In this document: in pieces, positions 1 to 13,541 of the stretch | Layout of the letters: every line of letters begins with the position of its first letter | How positions within the stretch are numbered: position 1 is the stretch's first letter | DNA from: Eledone cirrhosa | Taxonomy: Eukaryota | Assembly (NCBI GenBank): GCA_964016885.1 | Contig: OZ024747.1 | Span: 89,280,001 to 89,344,000 of the forward strand | Direction: 5' to 3' | DNA length: 64,000 nucleotides | Notes under the pieces: generated by a model | Seen by the model: the letters and a program-made list of their open reading frames with translations, nothing else | The model's database searches: none | Told to the model about the DNA's origin: nothing | Position numbers and translations under genes: made by a program

Positions 1-71
1 CTGCTGAAAGCTGTACTTGAGGAATCTGCCCCCACGACCCTTCCAGAAATAAATAGGCAAAGAAGAAGAAG
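1..71 (+). mobile_element. 3' end of a (GAA)n-tailed RTE-like LINE fragment (runs off window start)
   Basis: Similar to the ends of copies at 5181-5350 and 15470-15802 (..gaggactctgcccccacgacc..gaagaagaa). Confidence 0.65.
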
Positions 72-127
72 AAAGAGAAAGAAGATGTGTATTTGCAGCA
101 ACCATTGAACATTATATTTATACTTAA

Positions 128-300
128 GGGCGATGAATTTGCAGTATCAGTAGAGGGTCGGGCGCCATGCTTTCTAGCATAGTAACGTCCCTTTACGGTC
201 TGAGTTCAAATCCCGTTGAGGTTAACTTTGGGGTCGATAAAATAAAGTACCAGTAATGTACTGGGTAATTGCTGGCCTTGTGCCAAAAGTAGAAACAATT
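128..300 (+). mobile_element. tRNA-derived SINE, family a
   Basis: A-box-like start, B box gagttcaaatcc, conserved ggggtcgataaaataaagtaccag core; more than 10 similar copies in window. Confidence 0.85.
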
Positions 301-557
301 TTATTTATACTTATTTATAGTAAATTTTCCACTTTACAATGGAGATGAAGTTAAGTTCAGAAAATCTGATAACTGAAATGGTGTTTGTAGAAATATTTTT
401 ACAGCCTGATGTCTTTCTTACTACTTTCCATTTACATGTGAACTGGGATTTGTATTTAAGTAGGTTCAAGATAAGCTTGAACTTTTGTGTATGTTATACA
501 CTTTCAGACTCATTCAAAATATGCCAAGATGATAAAAAGGATTTTAAAAATGCATCT

Positions 558-590
<33 letters not shown>

Positions 591-1189
591 AACGAAGAAA
601 CAAAAGTAAAGAAATTATGAAAATATTCAGGAATAGGAATTTAAATTTAGTTTGGTTGTGGTTGATGTGTATAAAGGAAACTAGCATTTGTATTTTTGTT
701 ACTGTTTGTGATAAAGTTAAATCTGTTGGTTAAATATTAAAACAGACAGATGTATAATTTTTACTTTGGGCATAAGGCATTTCATAATTTTTGAAGACAA
801 TTTCCTGATATTTGTTTCAAAATTGAACAACAATACATACGGAATTCATAAAGTTTTGTTTATAAATTCTTTGAAATATCAAAATATTTCTTCTTTTCAT
901 TGAAAAGTGAATTATATTTGTTTACATGATTAATTGAAAGGATGTTGAACACAATATGATATTTCCACAGGTGATACAATGTTCTCCATGTAAACAACAA
1001 TAACATTATTATTTTCTTTTTGAGATAATTGTTGACTAAATATAATCCAGATATTATTATGTAAAGCAATATTATAATTGTATATTACAGTTCAAATAGA
1101 GAAAGCTCCACTATTAAGTAGCGTTGTCAATACCTTATTCCCGAAGCTTCTGTTTGGATTTCTGCCCATTAGCCTAACAATACCATTAG

Positions 1190-1517
1190 TAGCTTAGTGG
1201 TAAAGCTGTTCAGCTCACAATTATAAGGTCATGTATTTGAATTCTTGACTGGATAGTGCTTTATGTCCTTCAGCAAGACACCTTACTTTTACATTGAACC
1301 AGACCAAACAGCTGGAAAAAAAATGAGTTGTGATGCCACTAATGTCAAGCTGTATTGACCTTTGACTTTCTCTTAGTCAACATAAGTGATGTGGAGAAGG
1401 GAGACTAACATATTTGGGTAACTTGGAGGTCTTCCAGAAAACCCCTTGTCCAGGCTTGTGCCATGGAGAATAATTTTCCAGTCATAATCCCATGATCTGT
1501 CATGACCAAAGGGGTAT
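1190..1517 (+). mobile_element. tRNA-derived SINE, family b (degenerate)
   Basis: gcttagtggt A box and tgtccttcagcaagacac core; colinear with 57813-58100. Confidence 0.7.
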
Positions 1518-1520
1518 TAC

Positions 1521-1540
1521 TAGTACTGCTGCTGCTGCTG

Positions 1541-1581
<41 letters not shown>

Positions 1582-1611
1582 GTTGCTGATGTTCCTCCTA
1601 CTACTACTACT
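1521..1611. repeat. (CTG)n/(CTA)n microsatellite
   Basis: Direct reading. Confidence 0.95.
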
Positions 1612-1967
1612 CACGTTAAAAGATGTAGGAAATTGCTAGTGTTTTGTCTTCTGTATGTGTAGATTGTTATTGAATGTGAGGGATGGTTGGTTGTATTTAA
1701 TGGTTTTAATGTTAGTAGTGAGAAGAAAGTTGATGGGTTTGATAGTTCCTAAATTCTGAGTAGTTAATATATTGTTGAAGTAGTTTAGTTGTCTGGGGAG
1801 TTGGTGGAAGAAGTTAAGAGTAATGTCATTTTGGTATCATGTATATGTTGTTGATTAGCCCAACAGCTGCCAAGACCAAACTGCCCTAAAATGAAAGGCA
1901 TTCTATCTGGGATTGTCCCATCTTTTTATGAGCATAGTGTACCTTTAAAAATAGTTATCCATTAATT

Positions 1968-2170
1968 ATTTTTTCCAGCCTGTAGCGTTCGAGACATTTG
2001 GTGGAGTTGGGGCCACAGACAGCGAAGTTCTTGTCATTGCTGGCAGCTCACCTTACTGAGGTGTCAGGTGATGCCTGTGAGTGTGTCTGGTTGTTTCATC
2101 GCCTTAGCCTCCCCATCACCCGTAGCAATACTGTGAGCATATTGGCTTGCCTCAAAGTGTTTGGTTAACC
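1968..2170 (+). mobile_element. CRE-clade-like (restriction-like endonuclease) non-LTR retrotransposon 3' fragment
   Basis: Translates with a frameshift to PVAFETFGGVG..TAKFLSLLAAHLTEVSGDACECVWLFHRLSLPITRSNTVSILAC, matching the CRE C-terminal pattern P.A.ET.G..G..A..FL...QRLS..I.RGNA.SIL. Confidence 0.7.
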
Positions 2171-2383
2171 TTTATGATGTGTATCCGATTGTCACACTTG
2201 GTGGTGAATTGATGGTCGTTTTTGTTTTTGCTTCTTCCCCCTTTTTTTCTCTCTTTTATGCGTTTATATTTGTGTTTATCAATGACATATTTGTAATGTT
2301 CTTCTGAACAAATTGTGAGAAATTTATAATGTTATTTATGTATTTATAATGTTATTTATGTATATATTTCGGTGAATATAATC

Positions 2384-2566
2384 GCGGTGGATTGGTAGTA
2401 TCGGTAGAGGGTCGGACATGCTTTCCAGCATAGTTACGTCCCTTTACGATCTGAGTTCAAATCCGGCTGAGGTTAACTTTGCCTTTCATCCTTACGGGGT
2501 CGATAAAATAAAGTACCAGTAATGTACTGAGTAATTGCTGACCTTGTGTCTAAAATAGAAACAGTT
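2384..2566 (+). mobile_element. SINE family a
   Basis: Colinear with 128-300, includes gcctttcatccttacggggtcgataaa. Confidence 0.85.
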
Positions 2567-2673
2567 ATTTATGTATATATTTAAAACGTATTTGTAATGT
2601 TATTTATACAACTGTATAAATGACCGGAATGAAAAAATTAAACAGTTAAAGCCTGGAGGTTCATCAGTATAAA

Positions 2674-2886
2674 CGTTATTTAGTATAACTAATATTTACT
2701 ATAAATACTATTTAGTGTAACCACTGTTTAGTATAAATACTATTTAGTGTAACCACCATTTAGTATAGCCACTGTTTAGTATAAATACTATTTAGTATAA
2801 CCACTGTTTAGTATAAATACTATTTAGTATAACCACTATTTAGTATAATCAATATTTAGTATAATCAATATTTAGTATAGACACTG
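2674..2886. repeat. ~16-bp minisatellite (ccactatttagtataa variants)
   Basis: Repeated tatttagt(g/a)taa units, about a dozen. Confidence 0.85.
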
Positions 2887-4403
2887 TGATGATGCAGGTA
2901 GCTTGTTCCATGCTTCAGCAACTCTGAGTATGAAAAAATGTTTATTTTCCATGCTGGCACGGATTGAATTGGGTGTCATGGATTAAGAGCAGATGGGTTG
3001 GAGCAACCCATCTTGTTCAAATGTTTCATATTTGACATGGTTTCTATGGCTGAGTATCCTTCCTAATACCAACCACCTTACAGAGTGTATTGATTGTTCA
3101 TTTTTTTTATGTGATATCAGTACTTCCACTTTACAGAGTGGGCTGGCTGCATTTTATTGAGGCAATAGCCCTAGCACTTTACAGAGCTGACTGGGTGCGT
3201 ATTTTTATGACAAAAACACTCAAAAGGTTGTTGCATGCTTGTCCTGACTAAAGATTCCTTTATATTGTCTCTTACTCATGATACATTAGCTCTCCCAAAT
3301 TGATGATGTATATATATGATTAATGTTCTGTTTAAACATCTGCAGGTTCTAAGTACTGTTTACAAATATAACAAATATAATGAATAATTTAAATATCTTT
3401 CTATGACTAGTTCTATCTTCAAAAGTTAAGATTTTTTTTTTGATACCCAAAGTGTTATATTAGTTTAATAAAGTAGAGAAAAATTAATTATTTTCCTACA
3501 TTCTTTAATGTAAATTTTAAGTGAGGTTTGAAAACAGAATAAAAAAATATTTTTAGCCATTTAACTTGCTGTGAATAGTTCCAGTTTTGGTGGTTTTTGA
3601 TGCATTCAAATACACAAATACTTCAAATGAGAAACAAGTAAAGAGTAAAGAAATAAAAAAAAAACAATCTCTTTTGTGGATGGGAGGTAATTATTTCTGT
3701 ATTTCTTTGGATTAAGAACCATAAAGCTGGAACTAATTAACAGAGAGTGTGAAAGGGTTTGCTGATGAGAGAAAAAGTTAAAGCAATATTAAGATCTGAA
3801 GGATTAATGAGCAGGTGGAAATCTGAAAACTGGATAATTTTTCATCCTTTAAGTGGTTTTCGTTTATGGCATTAAATTTACTGCAAAATAGAAATAATGA
3901 AGTCTAAGATTTTTCAATAAAATTATTAATTGGAATTTTGGGAATATTGAATAAAAATAAATAATTGAATGATTTAAGGGATTTCAAATGAAGCAATATT
4001 GTGTGTAAGAATTGATTTTGATTCCCAGCTCCGTTATATTCTAACATATAAACAAATTGTGTTTTAGCAATTTAGAAATGAATATTTTACAAGTATGTCT
4101 TATTGATTAAACATTTTCATTTAGGAGTTTAATGAAATACTAGTTTAAAGTTTTTCTTTTATAGTTCCTTCATTAATGAAACATATTTTCTAGACTTAAG
4201 TTTTTACACCAAATAAAAATATTCCATATTCTAAAATGACACTTCTATTAAGGCAGCTGTAAAATGAACCAAATTTATATTTTTACTGGTCAAATTTCTC
4301 AATCTAAATAAATCCACACATTAAACTCAAATGTTAATTTTCTACTGTAAATTGATACGGGAGATATCTCATATTCATTCTATCTCTTATATATTATTTC
4401 TTT

Positions 4404-4590
4404 TTCTTCTTCACCCACTTATTACCAAGAGGGTTGTGTGGGCAGAGTCCTCAAACTTTCCCTCCAGTAGGTCCTGTCAGAAGCAACCATCTCCAATTGA
4501 TCCAGCTGGATCCCCAAACATGACTATACAAGCACCTGGATGTTACCCAACCATCTTGCTTGGGATCTACCCCTGGGTCTCTTGCAGATT
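4404..4590 (-). mobile_element. (GAA)n-tailed RTE-like 3' fragment
   Basis: Reverse complement of the 15600-15800 family sequence. Confidence 0.7.
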
Positions 4591-5180
4591 CTCAGAATTT
4601 CAAACAAAATCCATCATTCAATCTACAGAGGTAGATTGTTCTTATTTCATTGTTTATGTTGAAGATATTCTCATATTAGTTATTCTTGTATATGTTATGT
4701 CAATTGCTTGTTTGTTCCACTGGTTTCTTCCACTTAAGTAAAAAATGTAAAAGCTCCTTAATGGGTTTTAGGAGTGTTTACCCAACATATGGCACATCTC
4801 GGGCATAACGTCTCCCTCTGCAGGTCTGAAAACAATCAATTTCTTCCAGAGAAAGAAAGGGAATAAGAGAGGAAATGATAAAGATAAATATGGGTATATA
4901 TCATAATCATCATAATTGTTTAACGTCCATTTTCCATGATAGCATGGATTAGACGAGTTGTCCCATTAGAGGCAAATTGAGTCAGGTGACCATGTCTTGT
5001 TCACACAGAACTGTTTCTGGCTTTGTTTCTGAATGCCACTCCACAAATGACACTCTCCAAATATAACAATAAAGGGGGTTCTTATATCAAATAATGTTGC
5101 TGGGTAAAATTATTAATTATTTCATTATGAAGATGGTATTTGTAACATAACTAAACAAAAGGGCCTTATACCAACTATTG

Positions 5181-5350
5181 GAGACCCCAAGCAAGATGGT
5201 TGGATAACATCCATGAGCTTGGTGGTCTCGCTTGGGGACCCAGTTGGATCAGCTGGTGACAGTTGCTTCTGACAGGACCCACTGGAAGGAGTGTTTGAGG
5301 ACTCTGCCCCTACAACACTTTCAGGAAAAAGTGGGCGAAGAAGAAGAAGA
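5181..5350 (+). mobile_element. (GAA)n-tailed RTE-like 3' fragment
   Basis: Encodes RPQARWLDNIHELG..VASDRTHWKEC and ends gaagaagaagaa. Confidence 0.7.
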
Positions 5351-5829
5351 ATGCTTTAAAGTATATTGGAAACTATTAAGATGAATGGTATTAAAAGGGT
5401 TAATTTATAGACCTTTTGATTCTGCTTACCATTCTTGCCTTCTTCAGGAGATTAAAACTTTTGCATTAATGCATTTAAATTAATACAGAAATCTTTTAAT
5501 TTTCTTCTTTGGATTTTTCAATTTAGTATTCAAAATGTTGTTTACCTGTATATAAATTACCAATTATTGCATTAGATATATGAAATAAATGTTGTTTACC
5601 TGTATATAAATTATCAATTATTGCATTAGATATATGAAATAAAATGTTTAGTGTAATAAGGGAATATTAACTTTATAGAAATTATTTCTTTAAAATATAT
5701 TTACCCCTTTTTACCATATTTTAAATTAAAATGCATTTTATTTCAATTAATTAATGAAGAATTTTTGAGATATTTATAAAATATAATTGATTATCTCATT
5801 ACTGATATGGTAACTTAACCTGTATGTAT

Positions 5830-6159
5830 GGTTCTGTAACTCCTGATGGAGGCGTAGTGGTATTGTATTAACATATGGCATTTCTTGGGCATGTTAAGCC
5901 TGGTGGAGTTCATCCCTCTCCAGGCCTGAGTACAGAGTTTTCTTCCAGAGAAAGATGGAAATTGAGAGAAAGGAAATGAGAAAGAGATATAGAGGAAGAA
6001 TCGACCCCAATAGTAGACTGGTACTTTTTTTATCGACCACAAAAGGATGAAAGGCAAAGTTGACCTCTGCAGGATTTGAACTCCGAGAGCAGAGAATCAG
6101 AGCATATACCATAAAGCATTATATCCGACGTTCTAACAACTCTACCAATTTGCCACCTT
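5830..6159 (-). mobile_element. SINE family a variant with extended alternative tail
   Basis: tRNA head at 6159-6070; tail shared with 26552-26870. Confidence 0.7.
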
Positions 6160-7256
6160 AACTTAACATATGGTTCTTATATAACATTTTATTAGAAGAT
6201 TTTAATTTAAATAACAACCCTTTAACACTTAAGGTTTTATTCCATAGAACCAAAAGTAAATTTTGAGTGGGTTAGTATCAAAAGAATTAACTATTAGTTA
6301 AAAGATTAAATTTCTGGGTCCACTTTCACTGAAACTAAAGTTCAAAAGTGATGTGAGAAAGTGATGTATCCTTGAATTAGGTACCTTATTCTATCTAGCC
6401 AGAAAATTCCACTTTATGATATAGAAGAGTTGATGTTCAAAAGGTTATCTGGTTGTAAAAATTATGTTCTTTGACACTTTATGTGTGACACCGGCCACTT
6501 TGAAGTTTTCGTATAAAATGAAAATTGAGATGAGAAATTAAGACAAAAACGTTTTAAGAGTAATGTGGTTCTTCAGTGTTAAGCATTTCTATTATACTTT
6601 GATGTTTTACATTTGATCTTCATCAGAACAACATTATTTGAATTAATACATAAATTAAGACAAAAAATGAAAGAAATCTTGTGTCTAATTTTACTTTATA
6701 TTCCAATCTTTATTTACAAAAATAAAATAAAATAAAAAAAAATAAAACAGAATGAAAAAAAAACTTTTCAAATGGAACACATAGATTTATCATGTTCATT
6801 CCTATTTTGCAGAATTCTGTGAATCAAAGAGGAAAAATACATTATTTACTACTCGTTGAATGATGTATATGTTTTTGTTATCTACAATATGTTTCCCTGT
6901 TCCTGTAAAGATTTTAATTCTATCAATGTAAATAGAAGTTAATTCCAATGCAAATATCATTTAACATTACATGTTTTACTATATATCTGATCTGGAATAT
7001 TTAATCAATAAAATATTGGTGCTATCTGGTATATATTATAATAATTGTTCTGAGCCATATCTTTAGAGAAAGTTATCTGAAGACTGTCCTCTCAAAGAAA
7101 TTGTTTCATCTTTATTCTGGCAGCTAAAAAAAAAAAAAAAACATACATAAAATTATTCAGCTAGATTGATAGGAAAATCATTTAAATTTAATCCTTTTGC
7201 TTTTAGCTTTGATTGTTTCCCCTTATTTATCCAGTATCTTTTTCATCATTATAATA

Positions 7257-7730
7257 CAGTAAGTCCCCCAACTTTCGAATGAGTTACATTCCAAGAGGTC
7301 GTTCGTTAGTTAATCTGTTTGTAAGTTGATCGTCTAACACAGTATGTAACAGTAAACCCATATATGTTACATGAAGGGCATCCAGCTGATTATGAAGGGC
7401 ATCCAGCTGTAAAAATCTAGCTAGAAACAGTCCTATATGAACAAGATATAGTAACCTATCCGAATTTGCCTCTAATGGGACAACCCATCTAACCCATGCT
7501 AGCGAGGAAAATGAATGTTAAATGATGATGATGATACTGTAGATTTCCATATGAGTAATATATATATACAGTATATAGAGGTATATATAACATGTAATAA
7601 TGAATTTAAATTCTGTAAAGCTAATGACACTAAATTGTTAAAGGAAAATAGTACTTTTTCAATTCTACTTGGGACTGTTCGTATCTGCAGATGTCCGTAA
7701 GTAGGATGTTTGTAAGGAAGGGATTTTCTG
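7257..7730. mobile_element. Tc1/pogo(Tigger)-like MITE interrupted by an RTE-tail insertion (7370-7535)
   Basis: TA|CAG..CTG|TA ends with imperfect TIRs (cagtaagtcccc vs RC cagaaaatccct). Confidence 0.5.
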
Positions 7731-8431
7731 TATAAGCATTTTATTTTTTATTGCTTGTCATGATTCAAGTAAAACTGGTACTTGTGTACAACTGGTTTGA
7801 AGTAAAGTACAGCTGTCCATGACAAATGAAGATGCACCTTATGTACAATTCCAATCACCAAAGTCTTTTTTTCCAATTTGATCCACCATTAGTTTTGACT
7901 CTGCATTGGCAAGAGTGAAAAATAACATTTCTCAAACAATTCCAAGGTAGTTATAATACTAATGATATTTTTGGCCACAAACAGTTTTAATGTTTTTATG
8001 TTTTGCTAATCAGTCATTTTTTTTTTCAAAATTTAATAACCTGACTGCTAGAACATATTGCTTGTACTGATTGCTAATATTCATTTTCTTTGGAGATTGG
8101 CAAGGCAAAGTAAATGATGAAGACCAGAAAAAATACCTTACTGTATTCAAATGTGTCCTGTTAGGATTTTAGCTTGAATCATACTACAGAGGGTGGTTTT
8201 TTGTTTTTCATTCTTCTGGATTTAATAAAATAATAACCAGTCATATACAGGGATTGATTAAACTAACTGTACCCTTCCAGCAAAGTTGTGGCCTTGTGTT
8301 AGTTTAAGAAATCAATATTCAGTTTGCTCAATTTGTGTATAATCATCATAAAAAATTAATTTAAGTGCACAGGCACAAAATGTTCTAAATTTGTTGGATG
8401 AATATTGCAAAGTAACTTAAATGGACATTAA

Positions 8432-8459
8432 CTAAAAAAATAAATAAATAAAAATAAAA

Positions 8460-8497
<38 letters not shown>

Positions 8498-8635
8498 AAA
8501 AAAATAAAAAAAAAAAATAAAAAAAAAAATAAAAAAAAAAAAAATAAAATAAAAAAAAAAAAAAATAAAAATAAAAATAAAAATAAAAATAAAAATAAAA
8601 ATAAAAATAAAAATAAAAAAAAAAAATAAATAAAA
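8432..8635. repeat. poly(A)/(TAAAAA)n low-complexity tract
   Basis: Direct reading. Confidence 0.95.
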
Positions 8636-9194
8636 GATTAGGTAAAAATGGTGACAGAAAAAAGCTGTTAAAAAATAAATAAGTTTTAATTGTGGTGTCA
8701 TTGTCTGGTGTAAACTTTGGAATATTAGACTTAGAAATACACAAGAAAATATTTAAGTAGTTCTCTTTCATTATTCATTTGTAGCATACTTCTTAGATAT
8801 AGTTTCTGCTAGTTGTTTACAATTGTTATAATCTCTCTCTCGTTCTCTCCTTAGTAAAGGAATGGACACACCAAATACGATTTCTCTCTCCAAACTAAAA
8901 TCTTGTGTTTCATGACTACTTTAAAAAATCAACAGCCAACAGTAAAGGCTTCTATGTAGTTACTTGACCTGTTAAAAATAACAGCCAATTCTCCCTTAAA
9001 TATTTCCTATTGTCTTAGAAAGACAATATATTGGGAAATGTGTTTCAATAGTAGAACCTATGTCTAAAAAAGACAAGATGGTCAAGGCTGGAACACATTT
9101 GATTATAGGCCTGCTTTATCAGGGCTGAAATGGCATTAAACAACAACAGCAATCTTTTCTAACAGTAATCTTTTAGAGAAGTAGCCTAGCCTCA

Positions 9195-9400
9195 TCTCAC
9201 CCTCATATCTGAGGGTCAGGTATCATGGACTTATGGACCAGCACTCCCCATCTTTTCCTGTCTCTTACCATTGCCGTGCATTCTGCCAAACTCCATGTCC
9301 ATTCCTTAATATCATCTGTTCATCTCCTTTTCTGCCATCCCTTGGTCCCTTTTCCCTGTATTCGTCCCTCAAGTATGTGGGTAGTCAAATTTTGGGCCCT
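9195..9400 (-). mobile_element. Degenerate RTE-like LINE 3' fragment
   Basis: Minus strand reads EGRIQGKRDQGWQKRR*TDDIKEWT..DRKRWGVLV, the RTE C-terminal G.R.RGR...W.D..DR..W pattern. Confidence 0.6.
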
Positions 9401-10439
9401 GGTTACATGACTATTATAAGCAGTTTTGTATCAGAATTTGTTTAACCTACATCTCTATGAATTTTTACTAAAATCGTAATAAAACCCTTCATCAATAACA
9501 TGAACCTTCAATGCCCACAATCGATTGTTTCCAGTGATGTTTTTATTCTAATTTCAATTCTGTCTCTGCCTTGAAAGGAGCACTTGATAACTATAATTTT
9601 AATTTATTATCTTTCTTCATTTCAGCTCTGTCTAGTATTTAGCTCTACCGTACCTACTAAATAATTTATGCTTATCTTATTCTTTGCAAGCTTGAACTCA
9701 TTGTCAATGATTTTATCAGTGAATGCACTTAATCAAGTTCTACACCATTTGTTGAAGGAATCAATGATAAATGTGTAATTGCTACACCACTTTCTTCAGT
9801 GCACCAATATTATTCAATATAGAATCTTTCCCAGTAATTTCTCAAACTCAACTCTTATTATATAGGTTTCAGAATTGGAGTCAGCATTTCAGAAACTCAG
9901 ATTTCCAATAAAGTTTGTCTCTCTCTAATTAACCTTACTTTTAATCTAGTCAAGAAGAATAGAAATCAGATTTTATCCTTCTTAGGAACAGGAATATTAT
10001 AGATACTTCAACCATTTATGCTATTTCCAATGATCTCTAATCTAAGATATCGTGATTAACTATTCCACTGTTATTGGTTGGTATCTACCTATAGACATAT
10101 GATCAAATAACATTTTATCATTCTTTTTCTTCTAGTTATTAGGATAATCCATTACATAGTTCTTTCTTTCTATGGGGCTGACAAAGCAATTTTTATTTTG
10201 TTTTATAATTCTGAGATTGCAACAAACTGTAGTTTCCCTCTTATTGTTACTACTTCTATCTCTACTGTAACTCACTGCCACTGGCAGTCCTTTACTACAT
10301 GTGAACCACCACTGGCACCAGCACTACAACTAGCATCACCACTACCACAACCAGCAATATCTGTAGCAACACAACCACCCACCAGCAATACCAGTACCAC
10401 CTCCACCACTGACACACCACAACCTCTATCCCCACCCCA

Positions 10440-10471
10440 CCACCACTACTACTACTACTACTACTGTTGCA

Positions 10472-10502
<31 letters not shown>

Positions 10503-10634
10503 CAACAACAACAACAACGACAACGACGACGACAACGACAACGACAGCAACAGCAACAACAACTGCTGCTACTACTACTACTGCTGCTGCTGCTGCTTCT
10601 CCTCCTCCTCCCCTCTCCTTCAACCACTACCACC

Positions 10635-10675
<41 letters not shown>

Positions 10676-10680
10676 CTCCT
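10440..10680. repeat. Compound trinucleotide microsatellite (CAC/CTA/CAG/CAA/CGA/CTG/CTC)
   Basis: Direct reading. Confidence 0.95.
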
Positions 10681-11614
10681 GCTCTGTGTAGTGAATAATA
10701 CCACCACCATTTCCACTATCATCATCTTTATTAATATAGTATCTAACTTGCATCCTAAATATATCATTTATAAATGAATAGAAATATCAGATATCTACTG
10801 CAGCTTATTCTAGTTTGATCACATCCACCAACATAAGGTTAGAATAGACCTCCATCAGTTTCAACGATGAGCGTTCCAGTTTGAGGTTATGTACCAATTC
10901 TTCTGCATCCTCTAAAGTGATGTCGGGCCTTGTGTGTGCCTTCAATATAAGTTTCAGGCAGATTCAGCATGACACAGTGTGTGACAAGGTTGGTGGCCTT
11001 TTGAACTACAAGTCCAGTTCATCTAATAGGCTTCCAAACAGTTTCTGTCTAGACAGTTTCATTCACAAGGCATGGATGCAGAGGAATAACTAGGGAAAAT
11101 AGTGCCTATGGCAAGCACTAAAACTGTGCCCATCACTGTATTTTTACCTATGGGCCTATTAATTTCTATAAATAGTTTAATGATCCAGCCACCATAGTGT
11201 TCTCATGATAATCACAGACAGATCATACATCTAAAGGAGTTTCTTTTTTCACTCTTCGACGAGGCTTATTTGACTTTAATAGAACCTGCTCCTAGTCCAA
11301 GTAGAGCCCCCTACATGGGGTGTCTGTGGCATGTGCCATGCTTTCCAAACCTTAGTTTTGCCTCTGCATGGATGGACTGACCTGAGGTTATGGTAGTGAC
11401 ACTTGCCCTAGATATCACACAGTAGGAACAAAACCTAATGATTATGAAGCAAACTTTACTATTCTCCCATGTTGGATCTATGAACATAGTCTTAAGGTCT
11501 ATGTCATATCTTTCATGCACAGTACTACAGTGATTATTTTACCACTGCTTGTGAAGTTCTAAATTCAATTTTGTGCTGTTACTTTACATTTTGTGTCAAG
11601 TAATACATGTGCTT

Positions 11615-11950
11615 ACATGCTTCCCTGGGCATGGATACATTAAAGCTCCAATGTCTGGCAACTGACTTGGTAGACACCCACAAGATTATTAACCATCTTT
11701 CTAACAACAACCCTTAGCATTTTTTTCAATTCCATATGTCTAACACTGGTTGAAATGCTTACAAAATCAGAAAACAGTACAGCTCCCATAACTTTCGGAA
11801 ACATTTTTTAAGAGTTGCTGAAACATGGAACAAACTACCATGGAACAAAATATCTGCATCAGTTGTTAGCTGTTGGAACACTGCACCCTTCCATGCTTCC
11901 CCAAATTTGCCAACAGTGCACTTGATATTCCACCTCCATACACATGTATG
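11615..11950 (+). mobile_element. CR1-type LINE 3' fragment
   Basis: ASLGMDTLKLQCLATDLVDTHKIINH..FFQF..NAYKIRKQYSSHNFRKHFF..RVAETWNKLP, the typical CR1 ORF2 C-terminus. Confidence 0.75.
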
Positions 11951-12725
11951 CATGTGGTTAAAAGATTTAAATACCATTAAAATATTAAAAATAGTCATTA
12001 TAAATGCTTATTACTCAGAAAATATCAAACACAGACTCATGGCCCCTGCTTTAAAAATATGTAGTTACAAAAATTCCTTAAAATAAACCCTGCAGTACTA
12101 CAGCTAACATGGATGAGACAAGTCAGATCTGGTGACCATAACTTGCTCATATTGAACTGTTTCTAGTTTGGTTTCTAATGAGGACTGAGTGCTTTTTTTG
12201 TGTCACCAACTCAACCACCTTACAGAAAAGACCAGATGCTTTTTGTTGTGTCACTATCACAACCACCATATAGAGTGGGCTGTGTGCACTTTGCCATGTC
12301 ACCAACACAACATCTTTACAGGGTGGCCAGGGTGCTTTTTGTCAGGTCATCAACGTAACTACATTACAGAGCATCAAGTCATAGAAAACTTACCAAACAA
12401 AGGGGCAGGAGAAATCTTCAGTTGTGCTAAAGACATGACAACTCCTTTAATGCTGGGGTCATGATGAAATGACCCTCAAGCACTCAGTAGAGTGTGGGAA
12501 CACATGAAATGATTTGCAGGCCTCCAGCCCACCTGAGAGGTCAGGAGTTCTGATTGAATACTCACTTCATCCAGGCCAACCAGTCTAAACCTTGTTAGCA
12601 GGGAAAATGGACATTCAATGGTGATGATGATATTATATGTGTGTGTGTGTGGGGGGGGGGGGGGGTATTATGTATATATATGTATATATATGTGTATATC
12701 TTTCCTCTCTATCTCTCTCTATATA

Positions 12726-12802
<77 letters not shown>

Positions 12803-13485
12803 CTACATATATACAGATACACAAAGATGGCCATAGATCAATATGTACATTTAGTTACACGTATACACACACCTACATATATATATATACATAAAATAGA
12901 TAGAAGAATAAAAATAGAGAGGGAGGGAGAGTCAGTTTATATTTATTGATATACACACGCATTTATTGATCGCTACACAATACATACACACAGACACACA
13001 ACACACACATACACATATATATATATTCCTGTACATCAATGTACATTGATAGTGGATATTACCCACACTGTACATTACCTTTATTCATTGGAAGCCAACA
13101 CAGACATATGACAGTTTTCTGAGAATTCTTCTGATGTACTTAAGATGTATGCTGCTCAATGTAATTAATGCATTAACCCGATAAAAGTAGTTCATAGCAA
13201 CTGGCATCATTTGTGAATGAAGCAAAATATTTCTTTTGTTGTTGATAGGGAATTGACTTTCACATTTCAGTGCATAAATAAATACATTTCAACGAAATAT
13301 GTTTACTATTATAGGATAGTATTCTTTGATAAATAGTAACAAAAAAAAAAAAAAAAATTTTTAAATAAAAAAAAACAGAACAAAATAAAAAAACAAAATA
13401 AAAATAGAAAAAAAAAATAGAAAATAAAAAATAAAATAAAAAATAGAATAAAATAAAAAATAAAATAAAATAAAAAATAAAATAA

Positions 13486-13541
<56 letters not shown>

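Noticed and set aside
10198-10753. PolyQ/polyN/polyV ORFs (also 23622-24267, 44683-45184, 60031-60282)
   Set aside because: Translations of trinucleotide microsatellites, open in several frames on both strands.
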